DNA of 64,000 nt from an uncultured Pseudomonadales bacterium. Lineage in GTDB: Bacteria > Patescibacteriota > Microgenomatia > UBA1400 > Chazhemtobacteraceae. The DNA lies in assembly GCA_964618725.1 (NCBI GenBank), contig CAZUBK010000004.1, forward strand, positions 79,485-143,484, written 5' to 3'. The notes beneath the pieces are model-generated. The model was not told the DNA's origin and ran no database searches. It saw only the letters and a program-made list of their open reading frames with translations. This document shows, piece after piece, positions 1-9,119 of this stretch (its first letter is position 1; each line of letters starts with the position of its first letter). The translations under genes were made by a program, and so were the position numbers.

Positions 1-544
1 CAAAACATACTCTCTTTCTGAAGCCATCATTCTTTTAAGACAGATCTCATATTCTAAACTCAGAACCATCGAACTACACCTCAATACCAAAGAAACAGGT
101 ATCAGAGGTGAAGTCACTCTTCCCCATTCCATCGGCAAGCAACTCAGAGTCGTCATTTTCTCTCCTGAAGTAGAAACCGAAATCAAAGCCGGTAAAATAA
201 ACTTTGATATTCTCCTCGCCCGACCAAGTGACATGGCCACCATTGCCCCCTTAGCTCGTTTCCTGGGTCCCAAAGGCCTCATGCCAAATCCCAAAACTGG
301 TACCATTACCGACAAACCTGAAATTAGGGCGCAGCAGCTCCAAAAGGGTAGCACCCTCTCCTACAAGACTGAGGCCAAGTCACCCCTCATTCATCTGACC
401 ATTGGTAACCTCAATCAAGAAAACAAACAGATTGAAGAAAACATTATGGCTATCCTTACTGGCATCGGCATCCACAAACTTAACTCTACCTTCCTCAAGT
501 CCACCATGAGTCCCTCGATCAAGCTTGACCTCACCTCACTTTAA
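1..544 (+). CDS. rplA: 50S ribosomal protein L1, 5'-truncated at window edge
   Basis: Frame 2 is open from base 2. The translation contains the L1 hallmark LGPKGLMPNPKTGTIT and upstream ...RQISYSKLRTIELHL... The ORF track shows only the internal Met at 233. Confidence 0.85.
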   Translation, partial: KTYSLSEAIILLRQISYSKLRTIELHLNTKETGIRGEVTLPHSIGKQLRVVIFSPEVETEIKAGKINFDILLARPSDMATIAPLARFLGPKGLMPNPKTGTITDKPEIRAQQLQKGSTLSYKTEAKSPLIHLTIGNLNQENKQIEENIMAILTGIGIHKLNSTFLKSTMSPSIKLDLTSL

Positions 545-595
545 CTCAAAAAAACAAACGGATATGTTTAAGGGCGGCCAATTGGCCGCCCCTAC

Positions 596-1411
596 TCAAG
601 TTAACATTCCGAAAATCTTCTCCATCAAGGTCATAATATCCTTGGCTACCAAGAAAACCGATAGCAAGGAAAGACCCATGAAAGTGCCCACTAAGACTCC
701 ATTTGCCGTCCGAGACAATCGTTCCCGGTTACCTCCAAGGCAAACAAACAACTCGATCACCCAGGCCATTGTGACGTGACCCCCATCCAAAGCCGGAATC
801 GGCAACATATTGATTACCGCAAAAGCCAGGTTAAAGATTACTACCAAAGCTAGTGATACTCGAATGGGATCGATCGCCATCATCGGCGCTGTCATCGCCA
901 CCATCCCAATCGGGCTATACCACTCCGTAAGTGGGACTGTCCCGATAAACAGCGCTCTAATGCTTTCCAAGAGCACTGAGACTACCATTACTATCGCCTC
1001 CCAGCCACTCTGCCATCCGCCTGTGAGAATGACGAGAATGAGATAAGCTTGAATGAAGTTGATTGCCGGACCGGCCAAAGCAATTAGCGTCCGATGCCAG
1101 GCAGGGGTTTCCCAAAAACCTGGCTCAAAAGCGAAAAGCTTTCGCCAACCACTCACTTCCTCCTGATGACTCGGCTTACCTTTAAGGTAGTCGAGGTCAA
1201 CCGCCGCTCCAACCAGAAAAAACGGCGTCAAAACAATCTTGGTTGGCCCAATCTTGCCAAGACACCACTGATGCTTGGTCAGCGGCCATCCCAGGTATAC
1301 CGTCTTCGTAGGATAACCCAAGAGTCCGGCAACGATCGCATGCAGTGCTTCATGAAGGACAATCGCTTCGAAAAGAATGAGTATTACGATCAGTGAAAAG
1401 CCGATCAACAT
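596..1411 (-). CDS. Site-2 protease family (M50) zinc metalloprotease, membrane
   Basis: HEALH (HExxH) lies in the first TM region and a later LPIPALDGG motif is typical of RseP/S2P. The protein is polytopic and hydrophobic. Confidence 0.75.
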   Translation of the reverse strand: MLIGFSLIVILILFEAIVLHEALHAIVAGLLGYPTKTVYLGWPLTKHQWCLGKIGPTKIVLTPFFLVGAAVDLDYLKGKPSHQEEVSGWRKLFAFEPGFWETPAWHRTLIALAGPAINFIQAYLILVILTGGWQSGWEAIVMVVSVLLESIRALFIGTVPLTEWYSPIGMVAMTAPMMAIDPIRVSLALVVIFNLAFAVINMLPIPALDGGHVTMAWVIELFVCLGGNRERLSRTANGVLVGTFMGLSLLSVFLVAKDIMTLMEKIFGMLT

Positions 1412-1510
1412 TGTTATCTCCCCTTATATGTTAGTTTGTGAAAGTATCCTTGGATAATATCAACAATTGCACTATAAGTCAACCTCTTTATAATTTGCCC
1501 TCCTTTTTTT

Positions 1511-1834
1511 ATGATGTTGACAAAACTCCAACTCATACCATACTCTAAATTCATGGAAGAAATTACTGAGAGAGATCCTACCCAAAGCGCCGAAGAGATC
1601 GCAAAGAAGCTATATGGACCGTATGCAAGACTAGCTGATTTAGACCTTGGCCAACTTGAATCAATCCAAGAACAAATGGGTGGAACCTCAAAACGCAAAG
1701 AAACACCAGTTGCATCTACTCCTGAACCACCCAAACAACCTGAACCAATATCCTCTCAAACTCCAATATCTGAACAGACATCCACAAAAGAACTGACGGG
1801 TCTACTCTCAAGACTAAAGCCAAAGCAAGAATAA
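1511..1834 (+). CDS. hypothetical protein, low-complexity Pro/Thr-rich C-terminus
   Basis: 107-aa ORF with no recognisable motif. Confidence 0.35.
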   Translation: MMLTKLQLIPYSKFMEEITERDPTQSAEEIAKKLYGPYARLADLDLGQLESIQEQMGGTSKRKETPVASTPEPPKQPEPISSQTPISEQTSTKELTGLLSRLKPKQE

Positions 1835-1906
1835 TCTTGACCAACTTTCTCTTAAAGCTTATAATCCTCTCATAACGCTCTTTCATTCACGACTTAAGGA
1901 GATAGT

Positions 1907-2047
1907 ATGAAGCTCTTTTCCTTTCTAAGGCAATTCATCAACACCGCCATCTACTTCATCACTTACGACCCAGTCAATGCCGTTCTAGTAGCCGCCTTAA
2001 TCATTATTTGTATTATGGCTATTCTCACCCTCGTCATCCCAAATTGA
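1907..2047 (+). CDS. small hydrophobic protein (46 aa, one predicted TM helix)
   Basis: ATG at 1907 sits 5 nt after a strong SD, AAGGAG at 1896-1901. The protein is MKLFSFLRQFINTAIYFITYDPVNAVLVAALIIICIMAILTLVIPN. It is followed by a hairpin plus T-run. It is below the ORF-track length cutoff. Confidence 0.4.
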   Translation: MKLFSFLRQFINTAIYFITYDPVNAVLVAALIIICIMAILTLVIPN

Positions 2048-2059
2048 AACTTATCTCAA

Positions 2060-2090
2060 GGGGCCATTTAGGCCCCTTCCCTTTTTCCGT
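2060..2090 (+). terminator. intrinsic terminator (GGGGCC-ATTT-AGGCCCC hairpin plus CCCTTTTTCC)
   Basis: A GC hairpin followed by a T-run lies directly after the small ORF. Confidence 0.45.
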
Positions 2091-2097
2091 CTCCCCA

Positions 2098-2106
2098 TGA
2101 TACAAT
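2098..2106 (+). promoter_or_regulatory. extended -10 promoter (TGaTACAAT) ahead of the rplJ leader
   Basis: A TGnTACAAT match lies about 160 nt upstream of the rplJ start, but the -35 is weak. Confidence 0.3.
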
Positions 2107-2221
2107 CAAGCTACCTAAGACAGCAGGTTGAGCACCAAGACTCATAAATATATTGCGAAATCCCGACTTCAGTTGGGACGATCAATAAGTCCCGCTCAGG
2201 AAAATATCCATTCGGATCTTC

Positions 2222-2245
2222 CTCGCTTTTTAGGCGAGTTTTCAT
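2222..2245 (+). promoter_or_regulatory. possible attenuator hairpin in the L10 (rplJ) leader
   Basis: CTCGC-TTTTTAG-GCGAG hairpin followed by TTTTCATTT, about 20 nt before the rplJ ATG. L10 leaders are autoregulatory in many bacteria. Confidence 0.3.
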
Positions 2246-2262
2246 TTATACAGGTCAAATCC

Positions 2263-2796
2263 ATGCCATCTATAAAAAACCAACAACAACTAGAAGACAT
2301 CAAAGCCGCTATCAAAGACAGCAAAGCGCTCATTCTCACCAACTACGCCGGTCTCTCCGTTGCGTCCCAAAACTCACTCAGAAAAGCTATTACCACCGCC
2401 AAGGGTTCTTACTCAGTCTACAAAAATACTCTCCTCAAGATCGCCCTCAAAGAGATGTTTGGAGACCTCCCGCAAGAGGCCCACAGTGCCCTAGAAGGTC
2501 CTACTGCCATCCTTATCGCCCTTGAGGACCCCATCGCACCCACCAAAGCTTTGATGAAGTTCAAAAAGGACAATGAACTCCCTGAAGTAAAGGTTGGTTT
2601 CATGGACGGCTCCCTTCTCACCGCTAAGGATATCGAAAATCTCAGTCTACTTCCTGGCAAAGAAGAGCTCTTAAGTCAACTTGTCCGCCAGCTCAATGCC
2701 CCTATCTCCTCCTTTGCCCAAGTCCTTCGAGTCAACCTTCAAAATGTCGTCTACGTCGTAGACTCCATTAAACGCTCCAAAGAAACCCAAGCCTAA
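2263..2796 (+). CDS. rplJ: 50S ribosomal protein L10
   Basis: MPSIKNQQQLEDIKAAIKDSKALILTNYAGLSV... matches the L10 N-terminus. The longer ORF-track start at 2128 adds an implausible leader peptide. It is followed by rplL. Confidence 0.85.
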   Translation: MPSIKNQQQLEDIKAAIKDSKALILTNYAGLSVASQNSLRKAITTAKGSYSVYKNTLLKIALKEMFGDLPQEAHSALEGPTAILIALEDPIAPTKALMKFKKDNELPEVKVGFMDGSLLTAKDIENLSLLPGKEELLSQLVRQLNAPISSFAQVLRVNLQNVVYVVDSIKRSKETQA

Positions 2797-2832
2797 AACT
2801 TTATATAGAAATTAACAATTATAAAATCTACC

Positions 2833-3210
2833 ATGTCTGACAAACTTCAAAAAATCATCGACTCCGTCTCAGAGCTCACCGTTCTTGAACTCGCTGAGTT
2901 AGTTAAGGCTCTTGAAGAGAAATTCGGTGTCTCTGCCGCCCCGATGGCTGTTGCTGGAGTAGCCGCTGCTGCTCCTGTAGAGGCCGTTGAAGAGAAAACC
3001 AGTTTCGATGTCATTCTCGCTGATGCCGGCGCCAACAAAATTGGTGTCATTAAAGCTCTCCGCGAGATCAAGTCCGACCTAGGCCTTGTCGAAGCCAAGA
3101 CCTTGGCTGAATCTGCCCCCAAAGCTATTTTGGAGGGTGCCAAGAAAGAAGATGCTGAGGCCGCCAAAGCCAAGCTTGAAGCTGCTGGAGCGAAGGTCGA
3201 GCTGAAGTAG
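2833..3210 (+). CDS. rplL: 50S ribosomal protein L7/L12
   Basis: [36 protein letters not shown]..., an Ala-rich hinge, and a C-terminus ...[39 protein letters not shown]. Confidence 0.93.
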   Translation: MSDKLQKIIDSVSELTVLELAELVKALEEKFGVSAAPMAVAGVAAAAPVEAVEEKTSFDVILADAGANKIGVIKALREIKSDLGLVEAKTLAESAPKAILEGAKKEDAEAAKAKLEAAGAKVELK

Positions 3211-3263
3211 TGTACTTCAGCGAGATCCCGCGAGAAATTTAGTTTCGAGTAGGGACCGGAAAC

Positions 3264-3291
3264 AAAAAATCTCCTGTGAAGGAGATTTTTT
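3264..3291. terminator. bidirectional intrinsic terminator (AAAAAATCTCC-TGTG-AAGGAGATTTTTT)
   Basis: Perfect hairpin flanked by an A-run and a T-run between the convergent rplL (+) and sigma factor (-) genes. Confidence 0.7.
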
Positions 3292-3316
3292 GGATCGACA
3301 TCCTCCTCCCTTACTC

Positions 3317-4396
3317 CTACTCTCTCAAGAAATCTCTCAACCCTTCATTTATTTTGGGATACCTCAAGAAACGAAGTGCACTCCTCTCCAGTTGCCTCAC
3401 CCTCTCTCGAGAGATCCCCATTTCATTTCCAATCTCTTCAAGGGTGTACGTCTGCCCAAACGGCTCCAGACCAAATCTCATCTTGATAATCTGCTTCTGT
3501 CGTTCTTCCGGCAGTGTCTCTATTAACCTAGTCAACTCCACCGCCAACATCTTTCTCGATACTTGCTCAAACACTAAAGGTGTCTCTGTATCCTCTATTG
3601 TCTCTCCTCTTTCACTAAAGTCTCCCTCAGCCATCGGTTCGTCCAACGAGACCACCCCCCGATATGACAAGACATTCTTTGCCAACTCACCCGAGATCCT
3701 CCCCCTGTTATCCCCCATTCTTCGATTGAGTTCTTCGGCGATCTCCTCATAATTTACCTTTCCTCCTCTCGTTTTTACTTCCTTCTCAATTTCTCTCAAT
3801 TTTCCCACTCTCTCATGAACATGAGTCGGCATCGTTGGCCCAGGAGCATTCCGAGTGAATCCTCTCTTGATCCTCTGGTTAATCCAATAAGTCGCATATG
3901 TACTTAAACGATTCCCCATTTTGTAATCAAATTTATCAACCGCATGAGTCAACCCCTCATTCCCATCTTGAATCAAGTCAGCTAAGGCCGTCCCTCTCCT
4001 GGCATAACCAATGGCTATCTTCATCACCCAACGAAGATTACTCCTAATCAACCTATCCCTCGCTTCTAAACCCTCCGCCACACCCTTCTCTAGGGATATT
4101 CTTACCTCCTCATCTAATCTCTCATTTTCTAGTCTCTCTTTAGCCGCTTTACCCAGTTCCATTCTCTCAGCTAGTTGAGACTCCTCAGTCACCGTTAGTA
4201 GCGGCTCTTGCAAAGCCTGTTTTCGATACAAGGAAACTACGTCATCATACTCCACCAACTCTATATCACCACGAAAATCCTCTTCCTCAATCTCACCCTC
4301 TTCAGTCTTTGATATATCCATCCACTCATCCAAACCATTCTCCTCATCAGCATATTGGTCTTCCCTTTCTTTCATGCACGAGATTGTAACACGCAA
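3317..4396 (-). CDS. RNA polymerase sigma-70 family factor (RpoD/SigA-like)
   Basis: Regions 2 to 4 are recognisable: ...DLIQDGNEGLTHAVDKFDYKMGNRLSTYATYWINQRI... and ...YTLEEIGNEMGISRERVRQLERSALRFLR. The N-terminus is acidic. Confidence 0.85.
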   Translation of the reverse strand: MRVTISCMKEREDQYADEENGLDEWMDISKTEEGEIEEEDFRGDIELVEYDDVVSLYRKQALQEPLLTVTEESQLAERMELGKAAKERLENERLDEEVRISLEKGVAEGLEARDRLIRSNLRWVMKIAIGYARRGTALADLIQDGNEGLTHAVDKFDYKMGNRLSTYATYWINQRIKRGFTRNAPGPTMPTHVHERVGKLREIEKEVKTRGGKVNYEEIAEELNRRMGDNRGRISGELAKNVLSYRGVVSLDEPMAEGDFSERGETIEDTETPLVFEQVSRKMLAVELTRLIETLPEERQKQIIKMRFGLEPFGQTYTLEEIGNEMGISRERVRQLERSALRFLRYPKINEGLRDFLRE

Positions 4397-4500
4397 TCCC
4401 CTCCAATCACAAAATGGAAAGCTTAACTTTCCCTAATCCGCCTGCAAACAACTGTTCCTGTCCAAGGCAGCCATTTACAGGCAGGTTAGGAGATAGAAAA

Positions 4501-4752
4501 CTAACAGGATTTAAGTGCTTCATTGGCTAACTGTTGCGCTTCTACCGTCGTCGCCTCTACCTCCTCCATCATCTCCTCAACCATTGCCAGATCCGGCTCC
4601 TGACCCATCAAAGACTCCGCAATCTCTTCGATCACCTCTCTTCGCCTATCCGACACCTCTTCTAAGACCTCATTCACTCCCTTTATTCCTCCTTCTACCT
4701 CCGGATTACCCCAATCCCTCTCCACCACAAACTGCAACGATTCGTCTGCCAT
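4501..4752 (-). CDS. hypothetical acidic protein (83 aa)
   Basis: Glu-rich ORF whose coding-strand composition matches neighbouring minus-strand genes. Confidence 0.4.
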   Translation of the reverse strand: MADESLQFVVERDWGNPEVEGGIKGVNEVLEEVSDRRREVIEEIAESLMGQEPDLAMVEEMMEEVEATTVEAQQLANEALKSC

Positions 4753-4792
4753 ATCCTTAATCTACCTCTATTTGCCAAAAAGTAAAACTATT

Positions 4793-7498
4793 CTAAAACT
4801 CCACTATCCCCCACGGGTGCGTCATTGATCCCACTATCTCAAGCCCTGGCAAAGCATCTCGCAGCGCTCTCTCTAGCGCATCTGCCATCACCCCCCGCTT
4901 TTGAGTATGTCCAATGATTATCCTTTCCGGATGCGCCAACTTTATCATCTCCACCTGATGTTCAAAATCAGTATGCCCGGAAGCGTGAAACCGCCCTTGC
5001 GCCGCCGCGATTAAACCTCCACTACCCGCCCGAAAATCAGACAGGTACTTCCACCCTCTTCTCTCGCACTCATTCATCACATGTCTTACTTCTTTCTTGG
5101 CACTGTCATCATATGCCCAATAGATGCTATCAATGAACTTGACTTTAGTTCCCTGACCTCCAATTCCAAGATTTGAGATTCTGTCCCTATGATCAAGTAT
5201 CAGCATGAACTTGCGCGGAAACGCACTCATTTCATCATCCGATACATTTCCGTACATCTCCATCAACTCTTTTTCCCATTTGTGGTAGCTTTGTTTGTTC
5301 CCTTTATATACAAACACTCTGTCACTACGTAACAATGGTGCCCCTAAACTCATTTTGCCTTCCTCTAAAAGTCTCAGCCACTCTTCCTCATCTAAGGCCT
5401 CTTCCTCATCCTTATTCAACTGTTGCCAAATATTGTCCATATGTAGAAATTGTGCCACCCGCCTACTCACTAACACGATTCTGTCTCCAGCAATCTCCAC
5501 TAGATTTTGCAACCTCTCCTCGTTACCCTTCACTACTCGGATAACCAACAATTCGTTATCAACATTGCTCTCCTTCAACTCCTTGTGGATATTATCCTTC
5601 ACCATTGCTTCAGTTACCGCTGCCGACGACTTCTTTACCCCGGGAGGATTGGTTCCCTCAACAAACAATGTATGAACACCTCTCTTACCCACTTCTGCAA
5701 AAAAACGCGTGTCAAAACGGTAATCACCTGGATACGCTAATGACGCTATTACATTAGAAAACGCGTCCACGCTCTCAAGGTGATATCCCATCGCATCCAT
5801 ACTATGATAAATGGGCCACCCAGTCGCTCGTATTCCTCCTCCCAGATCAATCGTTTCTCCTTCTTCGAATACGATTACTGATCGATCCTCCACTGGATAG
5901 GCATTTTTCTTTCCTGTTTCTCTCATTTTTCGCTTGATCATTTCTTGGACCGTCCAGTGCCAACCAGAAATATAATCTACTTCACATACCAAATGCGTTT
6001 TCTTACTCATTCCAGCGGGAATTTCAAATCTAACAAACGATCCCCCTGCCGCATGATCTTGATGCCCATGAGTAAACAACATTGCCAAAAACTGTTCTTT
6101 ATCCAAATATTCTTTCTCCCTCCATCTGGGCAAAATCTGCTCCCACCGTCTCCAATTAATTGCATTTGCCTCATAAACCGGAATCGTTTTTCTTGTCATC
6201 TCTTTCAAATCAGGAAGACCATGACGATGATACAGCTCCTTTAACACGAACATCCCGTACCGATCTTCTGTATTAAACAGCTGCGCCGACATCGACACAT
6301 CTAACAAATCATGCCGGAGTAATCTCGGTACATCAGGAATGATTCCCGCTCTTAAATAAGGTAGCAGGCCGGCAGGGTAACCCGGCCTTCCCAGAACCGA
6401 GTCAATATTTTCATCCCGCCCAAATGGCCAGCCAAAATCTAACAATACCGTTTGTCGAAGCCCACCACGCTTGTTAGTAAAAAACATCTGCGTTCCCCCA
6501 ATATCCGAATGATCAGGTTCAAACATGCGTAAACTCACTTCCCCTCCCGTCCGACTGGGAATATAAAATCCATGCCGTACCTGAGTCACCTCATCACTAT
6601 CTTCCAAAAAAGCCACCACGTCTTTTTCTAATGCCACCACTCTTCCTTTTTCTCGCCACATCTGTAGTGTTTGTTTGGTCACTGCCAGTATTTGCAACTC
6701 CCGATTGCTAAACCACGTCCTCACCCACGTTTGCACCCCTCGTAACTTTTCTTTTCTTGCTCTAACTGAAATCCCATCCTCAAAAAAAATCATTCCCGCT
6801 ACATTAGCAATCGGCGCCTCTTCCCCCATCCCAACCTCTCCATGACCTCCACCGTACATAGTTAAGGTCATTGGTCGTCCCTCCCCTCCTCCTTCTTTCG
6901 GAACAAACAGGATATCTAACCCCGCCGTCACACTTCTGCCATCTACAAAACTACACTCTTTCTCAAGCCATCCTCCCTCGCCAAATAATGCCGGTATTAC
7001 CTCTTCCATAAAGGCCAGTTTCTCTTCCGAAATTACTTCCGCACTCTCATCTGTCATCAATTGCGAATTGGTTTCGGCAGGCTGCACCATTTTTTGATTG
7101 TTCAACCAATATTCAATTTGTCTTTTATACAGATGTCCAATCACCACTCCTTCATTTAACTGTCCCTCCGCGTTCAGTTCCTTCTCAACCTGCAGATATC
7201 GCTCCTGAACATTGTCATCCTCATCTATGACTACAATCGCCGCAACATATACCTCAACCCCCGCCAGCATCAAAGTAATCGACCTTACCCTCCCCGCCGC
7301 ATCATATCCCTTACTTTCTCCCTTTTTAGTTCCAACAAACAAAATGTCTGCCGACGGAGCCATTCCTGGTCGACTCACCCACTGTACCCCTCTACTTTGT
7401 AGCTGGTGCCGTACACTAGGCAGCCCCATCAATTTACCAATCAACTCTCCTTTTGTTCTACCTTCTTCCTTGTTCTCCCCTATTTCTCTTTCTACCAT
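4793..7498 (-). CDS. beta-CASP / RNase J-like metallo-beta-lactamase-fold hydrolase with ~300-aa N-terminal extension
   Basis: MBL motif THGHQDHAAGG. A C-terminal ...FHASGHTDFEHQVEMIKLAHPERIIIGHTQ resembles RNase J/CPSF beta-CASP motifs (SGHA...HGE). The first ~300 aa carry no recognisable motif. Confidence 0.6.
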   Translation of the reverse strand: MVEREIGENKEEGRTKGELIGKLMGLPSVRHQLQSRGVQWVSRPGMAPSADILFVGTKKGESKGYDAAGRVRSITLMLAGVEVYVAAIVVIDEDDNVQERYLQVEKELNAEGQLNEGVVIGHLYKRQIEYWLNNQKMVQPAETNSQLMTDESAEVISEEKLAFMEEVIPALFGEGGWLEKECSFVDGRSVTAGLDILFVPKEGGGEGRPMTLTMYGGGHGEVGMGEEAPIANVAGMIFFEDGISVRARKEKLRGVQTWVRTWFSNRELQILAVTKQTLQMWREKGRVVALEKDVVAFLEDSDEVTQVRHGFYIPSRTGGEVSLRMFEPDHSDIGGTQMFFTNKRGGLRQTVLLDFGWPFGRDENIDSVLGRPGYPAGLLPYLRAGIIPDVPRLLRHDLLDVSMSAQLFNTEDRYGMFVLKELYHRHGLPDLKEMTRKTIPVYEANAINWRRWEQILPRWREKEYLDKEQFLAMLFTHGHQDHAAGGSFVRFEIPAGMSKKTHLVCEVDYISGWHWTVQEMIKRKMRETGKKNAYPVEDRSVIVFEEGETIDLGGGIRATGWPIYHSMDAMGYHLESVDAFSNVIASLAYPGDYRFDTRFFAEVGKRGVHTLFVEGTNPPGVKKSSAAVTEAMVKDNIHKELKESNVDNELLVIRVVKGNEERLQNLVEIAGDRIVLVSRRVAQFLHMDNIWQQLNKDEEEALDEEEWLRLLEEGKMSLGAPLLRSDRVFVYKGNKQSYHKWEKELMEMYGNVSDDEMSAFPRKFMLILDHRDRISNLGIGGQGTKVKFIDSIYWAYDDSAKKEVRHVMNECERRGWKYLSDFRAGSGGLIAAAQGRFHASGHTDFEHQVEMIKLAHPERIIIGHTQKRGVMADALERALRDALPGLEIVGSMTHPWGIVEF

Positions 7499-7719
7499 TA
7501 ACGACTCAATATATCCCCCACCAATCTTCTTGTCAAAGCCATAAAGAGTGGACTAAATACCACCTATCTATCAACTAGTGCATCAACTCATGCCTAAAAA
7601 CGTTTCCACAAAATCACTCCGACAAAGTCGAAACAGACAACAACTACATCTTGACGACCAAACGACTCTTCTGTTATTTTCTACATCAGACCTTGTATAT
7701 ATCAAGACGATAACTCAAA

Positions 7720-7806
7720 AGCAGTTATCGGCGAAGATATAACAGGAAGCGCAGTGCTTCGGACAAGTAACGATTAGTTACTCCGAATAAGCGAGCAAGC
7801 TGTTAT
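7720..7806 (+). repeat. copy A of a ~90-nt structured repeat family (closing stem ATAACAG/CTGTTAT)
   Basis: Shares TTATCGGCG...TATAAsAGGAAGCGCAG...GAGCAAG with copies at 15450 and 52043. It has an internal hairpin AGTAAC-GATT-AGTTACT. Confidence 0.5.
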
Positions 7807-7811
7807 CAGAT

Positions 7812-8027
7812 ATGTCCAATAGAAAAGATCTCGATCTAAGTAACCTCCCCGACCTCCTCACCGTCCGTGAAGTCGCCGACATCCTTCGAGTCTCCATTCT
7901 CACCATCAAGCGCTGGGGCAAACGAGGCAAACTACCTGCCATCAGAATCAACTCCCGGGGTGACCGCCGCTATCGCAAGGAACAAGTTCTCTATCTTCTC
8001 GGTATTGACCCCAATATGCAGAGGTAA
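7812..8027 (+). CDS. excisionase/MerR-like helix-turn-helix DNA-binding protein (71 aa)
   Basis: LLTVREVADILRVSILTIKRWGKRGKLPAIRINSRGDRRYRKEQV is paralogous to the N-terminus of the 2460-aa protein at 24704. Confidence 0.6.
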   Translation: MSNRKDLDLSNLPDLLTVREVADILRVSILTIKRWGKRGKLPAIRINSRGDRRYRKEQVLYLLGIDPNMQR

Positions 8028-8063
8028 GCGTGTTGTAGACAGCAAAGGCGAAACTACTGATCT

Positions 8064-8570
8064 CTAACTTTTTTTCTCTAACGTCTCAGCATTATCACTA
8101 AACTTATTTGCCGCTCCGGATAAGACATCACTGATCCTTCTATTAACACCTTGTTGCCATTCATCAATAGATCTGTTTACATCCTGTTTTAATTTATCAG
8201 CACTGTCTTTAATCCATTCCTGAGTATTTCTCACCGTTTCAGACCCTTTATTAGCAGCGTCACGTCTCGCCGCATCTAAAATATCAGGGATTTTCGGTAG
8301 CACAGAAGCTACATCTGTCACAGCCACTCCTACCTTCTCGCCAGCCGCCATACCAACTCCCACGGCTCCAGCTTCAGCAAGAATAACACCCATTTCAGAT
8401 CCTGCAGGAACACCAATCAAAGCTAAAGCCGCTGCCATAGCTAAACCAGCCCCCAAACCAACCGCTACCCTCGCTTGACCACGGATAGCCCCCTTCTCAG
8501 CTTCAGTTCGCTCTGGCCACCGTGTACTTTCAGGATCGCCCCCACTAATCCCGCTTATTTCATCAACCAT
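8064..8570 (-). CDS. hypothetical protein with Gly/Ala-rich glycine-zipper-like membrane segment
   Basis: GLGAGLAMAAALALIGVPAG...GVGMAAG. It overlaps the upstream ORF by 8 nt, suggesting translational coupling. Confidence 0.5.
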   Translation of the reverse strand: MVDEISGISGGDPESTRWPERTEAEKGAIRGQARVAVGLGAGLAMAAALALIGVPAGSEMGVILAEAGAVGVGMAAGEKVGVAVTDVASVLPKIPDILDAARRDAANKGSETVRNTQEWIKDSADKLKQDVNRSIDEWQQGVNRRISDVLSGAANKFSDNAETLEKKS

Positions 8571-9024
8571 TTGTGTTTACCTTATTACTAACTTCTAACT
8601 TCTTTCCAAACTCTACCAGGATGTCCCTCATCTGAAGCACTTTGTCATGCTCCATATTCGGTAGCGTACTGTTAAACCACTGCCCCATGATTACTTGTGA
8701 TGACTCAAGCACCTGTTTACGTACTTCTTCAGCCTCAAAATTATCTGCCAGTACGTTCAGTAACACTTCAGCCTCGTCGCTCACCCCCATCTCCGCCTGG
8801 ATCTCCATTCTCTTTTCCTCGTCAAGTCCTTCCATCAGCCTACCCAAAGCCCTTCTGTATATATTGGCTATTTCTTCTTCCGCCACTCTTCCTGCATCTG
8901 GCACCTCCGCTATCGAATACAGAGTCACAAACAACCTGTGAAGGTCATCAGATTCCAGTCCTACTTGTTTCTTCGTATTTTGGTCCATAAAAACACAACT
9001 AAAAGATAATAGCTTCTTACTCAA
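8563..9024 (-). CDS. hypothetical protein (153 aa)
   Basis: Acidic ORF in an operon arrangement with 8064..8570. Confidence 0.5.
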   Translation of the reverse strand: MSKKLLSFSCVFMDQNTKKQVGLESDDLHRLFVTLYSIAEVPDAGRVAEEEIANIYRRALGRLMEGLDEEKRMEIQAEMGVSDEAEVLLNVLADNFEAEEVRKQVLESSQVIMGQWFNSTLPNMEHDKVLQMRDILVEFGKKLEVSNKVNTNG

Positions 9025-9119
9025 TCCCCGGCTTGACGTCTGTGGCTCTCAGCCAAGTCGGTATTATATCCACACTATATATTCTGCCAAACAAAATCAA
9101 GTCACCAATCGAATGAAAC

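Noticed and set aside
2847-3173. 108-aa minus-strand ORF inside rplL
   Set aside because: It is the antisense of the highly confident L7/L12 gene. It is Ala/Ser-rich because it mirrors GCN codons.
4515-4760. 81-aa Pro-rich + strand ORF
   Set aside because: It is the antisense of the acidic ORF 4501..4752. Its Pro/Leu-rich composition comes from mirrored Glu codons.
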